A DNA stretch of 63,577 nucleotides, filler included, from Ministeria vibrans ATCC 50519 (taxonomy: Eukaryota > Protista > Filasterea), in NCBI GenBank assembly GCA_943704425.1. It is 7 parts of 7 records of this genome, joined end to end, with 100 filler letters (N's around TTAATTAATTAA, not from the genome) between each part and the next. Parts side by side here need not be neighbours in the genome. Positions count along the whole stretch, not along the records: positions 1 to 30,322 come from CALSCP010002017.1; 6 more parts are not named here. One strand, written 5' to 3'. Under the pieces are notes generated by a model that saw only the letters and a list, made by a program, of their open reading frames with translations, was not told where the DNA came from and made no database searches. Positions within the stretch are counted from its first letter, which is position 1. Each line of letters starts with the position of its first letter. This document shows positions 1-11,177 of this stretch, piece after piece. The position numbers and the translations under genes were made by a program.

Positions 1-630
1 TGGTCGGTGGCAGACGGGTCTCTCTTGCGCACTCTCACGGGTCACTCCAACGGCGTCCTGTCTGTCGCGTTCTCCCCCGACGGGCGCACATTGGCAAGCG
101 CATCCTACGACTACACCATCCGAGTGTGGTCGGTGGCAGACGGGTCTCTCTTGCGCACTCTCACGGGTCACTCCAGCAGCGTCGTGTCTGTCGCGTTCTC
201 CCCCGACGGGCGCACATTGGCAAGCGCATCCTACGACAACACCATCCGAGTGTGGTCGGTGGCAGACGGGTCTCTCTTGCGCACTCTCACGGGTCACTCC
301 AACGGCGTCCTGTCTGTCGCGTTCTCCCCCGACGGGCGCACATTGGCAAGCGCATCCTACGACAAGACCATCCGAGTGTGGTCGGTGGCAGACGGGTCTC
401 TCTTGCGCACTCTCACGGGTCACTCCAGCAGCGTCGTGTCTGTCGCGTTCTCCCCCGACGGGCGCACATTGGCAAGCGCATCCTACGACAAGACCATCCG
501 AGTGTGGTCGGTGGCAGACGGCTCTCTCTTGCGCACTCTCACGGGTCACACTGAATCCGTCGTGTCTGTCGCGTTCTCCCCCGACGGGCGCACATTGGCA
601 AGCGCATCCGGCGACAAGACCATCCGAGTG
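1..630 (+). repeat. Five near-identical 126-bp tandem repeats, each encoding one WD40 blade (array continues off the window)
   Basis: Units start at 1, 127, 253, 379 and 505 with tggtcggtggcagacgg; a sixth begins at 631 and then diverges. Confidence 0.97.
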
Positions 631-3600
631 TGGTCGGTGGCAGAGGGATTCTTGTTGGGTTCAGTGGAGACCTCACCGCTTGGCTGGATCACTGCTCTTG
701 TGAATGCCACACAAACATCCGAGAATGCATTTCTCGTTGAAATGGCCCTTGCTGTGTGGCCCAACCTCAACGAACTCTCCTTCACAAGTCTCACTTGCCC
801 TGTTCTCTGCAGCGACATTGCCAAAGTACTTCACCACTACAATAATTCCCTCCATCATATATCTCACCACGCCTTTTCCGCACCCTATTTAGCTACTCTC
901 CGCCCACCATGCTTTCGACACCTCCGCCATTTCCACGCTCCTTGCCTCCAATCTTGCCATTGGCACATCCGCCGCTGCCGTGGCTGCCCAGCGCAGCGAC
1001 TTGCCTCTCCTGAGCTTGCTTGTCTCAACCACCAAGATCCGCATTGACGACTCACTTCTCAACGTCGATTCGCCGTCTACCGAGTGCAAACAGTTCTTGC
1101 GCTCAATCAGCCAAAAGTACGCCACCTTGCCCGATCGCAGCACCATGTACCATCTCTCACTCGTCCCGTTTCTTTTCAGTGACGTTCCGCACTTTATTGC
1201 CCTTCTGCGCTCACGCAACCTCCAACGCATTGAGACACTGCTGGACACATACAACATGACGGATGTTACTGTTCCCGGCTCTGCGACTGAGCAACACGCC
1301 CTCCATCTGGCAGTGCAGCTCAATTCGGTCGACATCACCCGCATGCTTCTTGAGCGTGGTGCGTCGCCGAACGTGACTGACTCACACACGTGCACTCCAC
1401 TGATGCTTGCAGTCCGAGCTGGATCAAAGGATTTAGTGGAGTTGATGCTGTCCTACGGTGCGGACGGATCCATGGCCGATGATCAGGGAGTGACACCACT
1501 GTACACTGCGTGCGAGGCCAAAGGAACGGCGCTTGTCCAGTTGCTCGTGTCGTACGGCGCGGACACCAACGCGCCCAATGCAAGTGGAGTGACTCCTTTG
1601 CTCTGTGCGACCGAGACGAACGCCTTTCCCATTGTTGAACTGCTGCTTGCCCACCGTGCCAATCCCGATGCTGTACTACCAGACAGTGGCCACACTGCTC
1701 TTCATCGTGCCGTCAAACATGGTCACGTCGAAATCGCCAAAGCTCTCCTGGACGCCAACTGCAGTCTGACAGCAACCAATGCGGATGGCAACACCGCTCT
1801 CACACTCGCACGAAAGGCACCAAAAGGCTCGGGTGTGTTTGGGACACTGCGCAAGCTCAAGAACCATCATATGCACCAGCACCGCGAGGAGATTGCGACC
1901 GCTATTGAGAAGAGTACTGCATTGTTTGTATACATACCTTTTTGGTTCTGACCCATTTAATGTGTTGCATAGAGCGCGTCAACCCCACCACAACACCTCG
2001 CTTCACCGCCAAGGTCAACCCCCAGGTGCCCAAGTCTGTCAAACCCCGTCCACCTCAGACCCCCTTCGCCCCGTCCTCGTCCTCTTCCTCGACGCCACAC
2101 ACACCCTCGACACCGACCGGCCATGACTCGTCGACGCTCTTCCGCGAGACTCGCGTTCTTGGTGAGCACGAGACGCGCAACCGTGTGCTGCTGGTAGACC
2201 GACTTGCTCCGAGTGGACAGGTCCTCGACACTCTCGTGCTCAAGGTGTTTGAGAGCGAGGAGGCGCGCAACACAGAGCAGACTCATTTGGCGGAGCTGAA
2301 GAAGGTGAGCGTGCCGGTGGTGTCGCTGCTGGGATCGAGTGTGTACCAGGGCAAACCGTGTCTGGAGCTGGAGGCCGGCAAGCACAGTCTGGCCGAGTGG
2401 CTCACGGATGCACTCGAAGACGGCCACGACCGCCAGCTGGCAGTGCGCACACACCTTGGCACGGTGTACGAGCTGCTGACAAGCCTGCACACCAAGGGAG
2501 GGCGCATGCACGGCGACATCAAGCTGGACAACATCGTGGCGTTCGGTCGTGCGGGTACATCGTATCGCTTGATCGATTTTGGCACTGCGCGTGTGCTGGG
2601 TGAGTCTGTGTCCGACGAGTGGACTATCTCGTATGCACCTCCCGAGATTGCCGAGTGGCTGCTCGATCCGACGAGTCACAGTAGCGCGCCTGTTGCCACG
2701 AGTGCCATTGACATGTGGCAGTTTGGCGTGATGGCGTTCCATGCGGTGGCAGGCGAGCCACTGTTCTCGGGCAAAAAGAGCCGCGCGACAATGCTGCAGA
2801 CGATTGCTGCCTGGCCAGACCAGTGTGCAGGAAAGATTGAGGCGCGACTGCGTGCTGCGCGTGGCAAGCAGTCAATGGTGTCGACCGCAACGGACGAGTC
2901 GAAGGTGGCGCGATTGCTGAGCAAGTTCCTCGAACGCGACGCATGTGCGCGCGAGGCCATGACGGCACGACTGGGCGAGCATCCGCTGATGGGTGGTGTG
3001 GGTACAGGGCGCACGACGATGGCGATGATGGAGCGGAAGCTTGCCATGAGTGTGGAGAGTGCCCCGCTGCAGAGCGTAGTTCACCTGGAGAGTCTCTTGG
3101 AGACGCATTTGACGCGAGTGGAGCAGTTGGTTACGCGCGACGGAGAGGAGACACGACTGGCGCTGGAGGAGACGGAAGGACGCATGACGACGCAGATTCA
3201 GGCGACGCAGAAGCTGGTGATGGAGGTGGTGGATGCGAAGGAGCCGCGTCTGTTTGCACTCATACCGGCCGATGCAACCAACAAGTGGCGCGACTTTGGA
3301 GCGTGGGGCAAGACGACGTTTCAGCTGCACGCACTGTGTGAGTGCGGACCGCACTTTGTGGGTGGTGACGAGGGCGTGCGACTGCGTGTGCCCGGATCAG
3401 TGCTGCGCAAGATGCTTCCAGGACTCAAGGTGAGTGAGCAATGTATATGCAGTGAAAAGACGCCATCACCATGCATGGCGCTTTGTAGACACTCTTTACG
3501 TTGCTTTCTGCTGCGGCGCGGATTGCAGCGGCGTCGGCCGGACTGGGCGCATTCATTCCCGATGGGTGTGCGCTGCTGGACATGATTGCAGGCGGGGCAG

Positions 3601-3871
3601 AGATGATTAGCGGCATCATTGAGGGTAAACAAGAGGGGTGTTTGGGCTGAATCTAAGGCGGCGGCGGTGCGTAGGAATGGACGAGGCGATTGAGCGACAG
3701 CTGGACACCATGGACGCGGCTGAGCTGAGCACGCACCACGGCCACGCTCTGGGCGAGACCCTCACGGCACTGCGCGACCTCATGCGCGACAACGACGCTG
3801 ACTTTGCCGGTCTCCGTCAGCAGAAGCAGTCTGATGGCTCTATTCTGTGGGTTTGTTCCGCTCATTTTTGA
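1..3871 (+). CDS. 5'-truncated multidomain protein: WD40 repeats + ankyrin repeats + protein kinase + C-terminal CE..H / WVCxxH domain
   Basis: ORFs 7-1047, 980-1951, 1942-3585 and 3638-3871 join in frame via GT-AG introns 826-892, 1914-1972, 3430-3488 and 3625-3674. Motifs: WD40 (GHS..VxSVAFSPDG..LASAS.D.TIRVW), ankyrin (TPLMLA, TPLYTA, TALHRA), kinase (VLK, HGDIKLDN, DFG, YAPPE, DMWQFG). Stop TGA at 3869-3871. Confidence 0.85.
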
Positions 3872-4089
3872 CTTTTTGGTTTGTTTTTTTTTTGTTTTGC
3901 GTGAGTCAATTTCAACAATGAAAAATAGTTTTTTGAAAAGTATACATTCATCGATTGTATCCTCTCGTAGATGGATGTTATATCTAATATCACTCGTTAC
4001 ACATGTGAACCTAGATTCTAGAAGCCTTTCGAAACGTGTGAGAAATCACCAATTAACTTTTTAAAAAAAATCACTTTATTCATCAAACC

Positions 4090-4496
4090 ATGGACGAATT
4101 CAACCTCCCCATCAACCATAGTGATCTCGAGGACTCTGGTACGCAACATGCTTCGCCAAATAATACAAAATTCAAATAATCCTGAAATCGCCTTCCTCTG
4201 CCTGCCCTCTGTCCCATAGAGTCGAATGGCTACCATGTGAACACGTCCAATGCTGACATGTCGTCGCTGACGCCGTCGGAAGTCTCCGACCGACTTACTG
4301 GTAAACTGGAAAAAGAACACTCAAAAAATTCAAAAAAAATCACGACCTCAACTCTTTCCACTTGTAGACATCAGCAGGGCCTTCCGCTCGACTGGAGCCC
4401 TTGCCATCCGCGATAACCAGGTCTTCGACACCCTCTACGGCTGTGCACGGTACGCATTAAACACTTGTCTTGTCCCAACTTCAAAACTCTGAAATT

Positions 4497-4528
<32 letters not shown>

Positions 4529-7500
4529 AACAATAGGGACTTTGTGGAACTCGACGACGACAGTGTGCTGCAGGCATGGAACATTGTTCTTGGGGGCGTC
4601 CAGGCTGCGGCGGCGAGCATAGCAGCGGCGGCGACGGAGAGCATGGTCGCGTCGGAGCAGACGGAGTGGCGATCGGGCGCAAAGCAACTGTGTCTGCTCA
4701 TGACGTGGATGATGCAGACGGCCGAGTCGCAGGGTGCATGCCGCCGCACCCAGGCCGAGACCGCCGCTGCCGGCACCAAGAAGAAGAAGGCAACGACGGC
4801 GGCGGCAGCGGCGGTCTCGCGCGGCGTCGACTGGGACGCCCAGCTGGGACGCGCCCTGGCCATCCTCACGCAAATGCTCAATGCCAATCTCAGCCGCATC
4901 TGGAACATGGGCGTCGTCGACGAGGAGTTCTCCAATTTGTTCAGTCGCACCGCGAACCAGCTTCTGGAGGCGCCCTCCCACGTGCGCAACAAGACGACAC
5001 GCGATGCCATCTTCACCGTGCTTGCCACACTCGTCCAGCGCTACGGACACTCCATGTCGGTTGCTACGGCCACCATCCACATGCTGCCTCTCTTTGAGCA
5101 CCTTGCCTCGCCACTCGCACACCTTCTCTCTCGCTGCGCGAGCGCCCCGTTCAACGCGACCACCATCATTGGTGAGGTGGTGCGTGAGATTGGTCGTCTG
5201 CCCGCCGAGGACTTTAGCCGCGACACCACAGGCACGCGCAACATTGCCTCCTTCCTCACCGAACTCGCCGAGATCCAGCCCGCCCATATGCTTCCTTGCA
5301 TTCCTCACTTGCTTCCGCTGCTCGACGGCGACTCGTACGCCATGCGCAATGCACTCCTGGGTGTGCTCACCCAAGTGCTCAAGAACACACTCACGACCAA
5401 GGTCGACGACGACAACGACGAAGCCGACGACGACGACAAACAATCGACACAACAGCACACTGATGACGACACAGATGAACAAGAAGACAAGGAGGAGATG
5501 CGGCGCGAGCGGCGGGCAGCACGCGATGAGTTTCTGGCAGTGCTGTGCGAGCGAGTGCACGACTGCCATGCGTTTGTGCGCAGTCGCGTTCTCCAGCACT
5601 GGTACCAGCTGTGCGAGGCTCGTGCCATTCCGTTAACTCTCCAAAGCACCATTGTCGATCTCACCATTGGTCGTGTGCGCGACAAGTCCTCGGCAGTGCG
5701 CAAGAGTGCGCTGGCTCTCCTCACCGCCCTGATGGTGCACAACCCATACGGCGCCGAACTCAACGAGCGCACCTTTGAGCGTCTCTACACCGCCGAGACC
5801 ACTAAACTCGAGGAGATGGAGAAGAGTGCCAGCGAGTCTAGCGAGTCCAGCGACACCACTCCTGTGACGCCCGTCGAGGCACAAAAGATTGTCGTCAAGT
5901 ACTACAGCGACGCCCTTGAGTTTGCGCGTCGCCTCGACGGCACTGTCGCCGCCGTGTCCCAGCTGCTGGGCTCCAAGGTTGCCTCGGACGTGCTCGAGGC
6001 CATCGATTTTTTTGTGAGTGCGTCGCGTTTCAAGATCTCTTCGGCGCTGGTGGGTGTGCGCAAGATGCTTGTGCTGCTGTGGAGCAAAGAGCCGGCGATC
6101 AAGAGCGCTGCCATTGACGCATACCGCACGCTCTACTGTGCCGATGCCGAGGTCAAGGTTGCCAAGAACCTTATTGCGCTGACGATGGGTGCGTCGCTCA
6201 GTGAGCTCACGTCGCTCGAGGAGCTCGTGGCCAATCTCATTGACAAGGGAGACATTCAGCCGCCTGTCATTCGTCGTCTGTGGGACGTTGTGCTGCTCCG
6301 TGCCCAGAACACACAGCCGCAGCACGCACGGGCGGCCCTCATGATCATTGGCATGGCTGCAAGTGCCGACTCGGACATCATTGCGGGCTCCAACACGGCT
6401 GTGCTGGCTGAGACGGCCTTTGGCGAGCGCGGACGCAACGACCTGGCCTTTGCCCGCATTGCCTGCACTGTGCTGCAGAAGCTGGCACCGGCCAAGCGCG
6501 AACGAGGCTCTCTCGCGCCACCGCCCTCGCGCAAGAGCACCGACGACCCCCTCTTTGTGTCGCTCGAGCAGCTTGTGGTGGACACGGTGGCAAGCGACGG
6601 CAACGACGTATGGTTTGGTCTGGCCGAACAGGCCGTCGACACCGTCTACCGCCTTGCAGAGCACCCTGACCGTGTGTGTGGTCGTATCATTGCGCGCATC
6701 CACCAGGCTGTGTTGGGTGGCGACACGGCGACGGCGTGTCGTTCGACGCTTTTGGCACGCCTCCTCTTTATCGTGGGCCACGTTGCACTGAAGCAGCTTG
6801 TGCACTGCGAAGTGATCTCGGGCGAGCTCAAGCGCCGTCGGGCCGTGAAAGAGGCGATGCAGGGTGGCAAGAAGGCTGCGCAGCGCCAGAAGAAGGGCGG
6901 CGAGTCGTCAATTGAGGACGACATGGGCGTTGCGGCAGCGCAGGAGGACGCTGAGGCGGAGTACATTGCAAATGTGTGCGAGAACGAGTTGGTGACGGGT
7001 CGCGAGGGACTGCTTGCCATGTACGGTGAGCTTGTGGTTCATGTGTGCACACAACCCGAGGTGTACGCGTCGGCGACACTGCGGGCCTCGGCGACGCTGT
7101 GTCTGTGCAAGTTTATGACGGCAAGCGCACAGTACTGCGAGGCACATCTGCGTCTGCTCTTTACAGTGCTCCAGCGCGCGCGCGAGGCGACTATCCGCAG
7201 CAACATTGTCATTGCGCTGGGCGACCTGGCTTTCCGTTTTCCCAATCTGGTGGAGCCGTGGACGGGCCACGTGTACGCACGCCTGCGTGATGCAGACGTG
7301 GGGGTGCGCAAGAACACGCTTATGATGCTTACGCACCTTATCCTCAACGATATGATTAAGGTACGCGGCCAAATCAGTGCCATGGCCGTGTGTCTCGAGG
7401 ACCCCGACGCGCGCGTCGTTTCCATGGCGCGTCTGTTCTTCTTTGAGTTTGCGCGCAAGGGAAATGCCGTCTACAACATTCTGCCCGACGTGATTAGCCG

Positions 7501-8290
7501 CATGAGCCATGAAGAGCATGGTGTCGACGAGAACGCCTTCCGCCGCATCATTGGCTATCTGTTGGGCTTCATTCAGAAGGACCGCCAAAGTGAGGCGCTC
7601 ATTGAGAAGCTCTGCCATCGCTTCCGCGCATGCACGGCCTCCCGTCAGTGGCGCGACATTGCGTTTTGTCTGTCGCAGCTCACCTACCCCGACAAGTGCG
7701 TCAAAAAGCTCATTGACAACTTCTCGTGCTATCAGGACAAGCTGGGTGACGTCGATGTGTTTGCGGCGTTCACCTTGATCCTGGGCAAGGCACGCAAGCT
7801 GAGCAAGCCGGAGGGACGACTGGCGCTGGACGAGCTAGAGCAGCGCATTGCCAAGTGCCATGAGGAAGGCGCAGTGGCGCTGGCGAGCGAGGACAAGGCG
7901 GCTCGTGCACTTGCAAAGACATCGTCGTCGAAGCGCGAGCGCTTTATGGAGGTGGCGGCCGTGGCACGCGAGCAAGAGCGCGTCGAGATGGAGGCGCGCA
8001 AGGAGGAGGAGGAGGAGGCACGACGAGGGCGAGAGGAGGAGGAGAAGAGTGCGCTCAAGGCGGCGAAGAAGAAGGAAGCCGAGAAAAAGAAGAAGAAGAA
8101 GGCAGTGATGGTGGTGGAAGAGGAGGAGAGTGAGGATGAAGACTTTGTCGAGGACGACGACGAAGAGGTGGAGAACACGGTGCAAATTACGACGGTGACG
8201 GCCAAGAGCAAGGCGAGCAAGGCCAAGGAGACGACTAGTGGTGTGCGATCCAAGCCACGGGGTCGCGCAGCAACAGCCAAGGCCAAATAA
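4090..8290 (+). CDS. NCAPD2: Condensin I subunit 1 (CAP-D2/Cnd1/Ycs4)
   Basis: 1248-aa ORF with HEAT repeats and Cnd1 signatures (IRSNIVIALGDLAFRFPNLVEPWT, LTHLILNDMIKVRGQ, EKLCHRF). Three short upstream exons from ATG 4090 (MDEFNLP) joined by GT-AG introns. Confidence 0.95.
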
Positions 8291-8588
8291 GAAGAGCAAG
8301 CAAGTGGCGAGTGTGTGACAAATGAAAATATTTTTAAAAATATTATTACAATATCTTCTCAATTCTTCAATCTCTGACTAAATTTTTTGACATGTCAACT
8401 CTGTCTTATGTGCAGGTCTGCAGGGCTATGTACCGTTATCGTGGTCAAAGAAAAAGCGTATGAAGGTGGCGACGATGCCGCTAATTTCGCCAGTGTCCAC
8501 TCGTGCACTGTTTGTTTTCCATTCCTTGGTTTAGGGCTCTTTCTTTTATAATGTTTACATATTACTGGGACACGGTGTTGCTTTGGGC

Positions 8589-9764
8589 TTAGGCGACTTT
8601 TGCAAGTGAGGTGTCGCCCGTCTTTGTGAGACGGATGACATCGGAGACCTCCTCCTTGGCAGCTGTCTCTTTGGTGCTCCCTTGCTCGTCCTCCTTCGTG
8701 TCCGTGGCGTCCATGCCAAAGACAGACCAGATCATCTTGATGGCACGCGATGCAAGCGAAGGGTCTTGCGTCTCAACCTTCTGGACCGTGGTCGTCGTCT
8801 TGGCGCTCGTTGTGCATGTGGTGGAGTCGGCACAGACCTCGGGTGCCTCTGATGCCCCACTCGAGAGCTTGGCCGGACCACTATCGGTGAGAACACCGCC
8901 CGCCTCAATGACTGACGACTCCATTTCGGGGCAGGCCACGCCCTGGATGCGCATGGCGGCCGCGACACAGAGGTGCACAAAAGCCTCAATGTTGGTGTTC
9001 TCCTTGGCCGACGTCACCATGTATCCGTCAAAGTTGTCCTGTCCTGCCAGCTGCACCTCCTCTTCCGTGACCGCGCGGTCCTTCTGGTCCCACGCCGTAG
9101 CCACGAGCAGCTGAGGCACTCGGTCGTAGTGACCTTCTTCGCGGACACGTGCATAGTTGCGTGGAACCGCGCCTTTCTTCTTGGATTTCTCCACCTTGGG
9201 CGTGCGCTTGCGTGCCTCGGCGCGCTCGCTCTCGCTCATGTTGGCAAGGACCATTTCTTGACCCTTCATAAACCCACTGAATCTCTTGATGGTGTACAGC
9301 GTCGACTCGAGGCCCCGGGTGTTCGACGGATCAAACGCATGCACTACAACGTCCGCCGAACGGAACGCCGAGTACTGCTCGAAGTGGTTGCTCATACGTC
9401 CACGCGAGCCGGGCACATCCGAAATGTTCACCTTGAGCGTCTTGTCACCGACCTTGACGCTCGTCGAGGCCGAAGAGGGAGCTGAACAGAAGCATAAAAA
9501 GAAACGAAAAGGTGGTTGAGCAACATGAGGGGCGTTTGGTGTGTCTCGTACTGGCGCGACTGCCCATCCAGAAGATGCCGCTCTCTTTCTTCTCCTCGAA
9601 GCTGGCGTTGCCGTCACATGCGCGCGTCAGCAGGGCAGTCTTGCCAATGCAGGAGGAGGAGGAGGAGGAGGAGGAGGAAGGAATGAGCAAACTTGACGTC
9701 AAATTGGACTCTTTCTGACTTACTTGGCACCGCCAACAATCGCAACGTTGATCTCGTCAAGCAT
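8589..9764 (-). CDS. Atypical Ras-superfamily small GTPase with long C-terminal extension
   Basis: Spliced product MLDEINVAIVGGANIGKT (G1), ...RAT (G2), ISDVPG (G3), VATAWD (divergent G4), TSAK (G5). No CAAX box. The first intron needs a non-AG acceptor. Confidence 0.7.
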
Positions 9765-10050
9765 CGTGTATTGTTTGTAAAATGTAAACAAGTATAAGGG
9801 TGTTGGAGAGGGGAAATGGATACGAAAAAAAAGTGCTTGTTTTAAAATTGTAAGTTGTCAAAACAAAACGAAAATGTCACGACACCAAAATGACACTCGT
9901 GTGATAAGTGTTGTTGTTGAGGCCATTTGGCACGGTGCAGACCCTGACACTAGCTGGTGGAGCAAGATCGTCACCAATCGCCAGCACATTTCCTGAAAAG
10001 TGAAAGTGGTTCTAATAACTTGAGTTGACACTTTTTTGACAATCTTGGAC

Positions 10051-10956
10051 ATGATTGGCACTACGCTATGCTTGGGGGCGTTGGTACTCGTGTTGTTTGC
10101 ATTTGTGCAACGCCGGAGCGGGGCACGGAGAGCGGAGAGGGACGAAGGACAAGACAAGGCAGTTGGTCGACCAACAGTTGCAGTGGAGAAGCGCTCCTTC
10201 TCCTTCCAGGACTGGCTCGACGACCCGCGGCATGGGACGAGTGAGGACTTTCGACATGTGCAGCAGTCGACCATGTGTCCGTTTGCGCGCAAGGCGGTTG
10301 TTGTGTCGGCATTGGGCGATGACTTTGACGAAAGCAAAACGTTGGAGCAGAACGTCATTGAGAGCGTTGTGCCGCTCTTTGCGCAAGCAGTCGACTGGGT
10401 GTACAACGCTGGCCAAACAATCGATGCGTTTCTTGTTGAGATACCGGCGCGAAACGGACTCGGGCGCAAGTACGGCGGAACATTGCAAGATCTTGCGCGT
10501 ACAGTCCAACGCGTGTTGCGCACCCTCTCCGACCACGATCCCGCCCAGATGCATGCCATGGACAATGACATCCGATCCAATTTATGGAATTTCGTGTGGG
10601 GCAGTCCCGAAGCGGTATGACATGGCGCTCATTGTTGTTTCTATTTGGGAGAAATGACCGCGATGATTTAGGCGCATTTTATTTCCGTGCTGGCCGCTTG
10701 CTATCCGGCAACAAGCTCGCGATATTCGTACGGACGAGAAGGGGTCTATTTGTTGTTTCAACCGGAGGTGTCGTTTTTGGACAAGGGCATCACAAGTGAC
10801 TCGGATCCAAATTCGGTGCGACACACAACAAGGAAGCGCTTTGATGAGGCGGACCAGTCGTACGAGTGTCGTGACTCGTCCCAGTTTACCATGGTTAATT
10901 GGATTGTGAGGCCCGAAAGTGACAAAGAGCCGCCGATTCGGTGGTGGGAGATGTGA
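10051..10956 (+). CDS. YqcI/YcgG-like protein with N-terminal transmembrane anchor
   Basis: Two exons joined by phase-0 intron 10615-10671. Hydrophobic N-terminus (TTLCLGALVLVLFAFV); motifs CPFA, LSDHDP, WNFVW, ACYPATSSRYSYG, LLFQPEVSF resemble the YqcI/YcgG family as recalled. Confidence 0.55.
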
Positions 10957-11177
10957 GAGTACATTGTGTATTGTGCTGTTTGTTTTGTGTTCAGTCATGT
11001 TTTGACATTGTGTACAGCTCTTGATGTACAAGATTAGAGGTTTATTTAGTACGGGTTGTAAAAACTGAACAAGTGCGTAAAGGGTTAGTGCGTGAGTGCG
11101 TGAGCGGTGAATAAACTTTTTTGATTTGTACTGTATTGTTGCGTCACGTTTCAGACTCACACTGTCAGTTTTTATGC

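Noticed and set aside
1-630. Regular repeats as a CRISPR-like array
   Set aside because: Contiguous in-frame 126-bp coding units without unique spacers.
4435-8362. Long antisense and alternate-frame ORFs over CAP-D2 and other genes
   Set aside because: Shadow ORFs expected from GC-rich codon usage.
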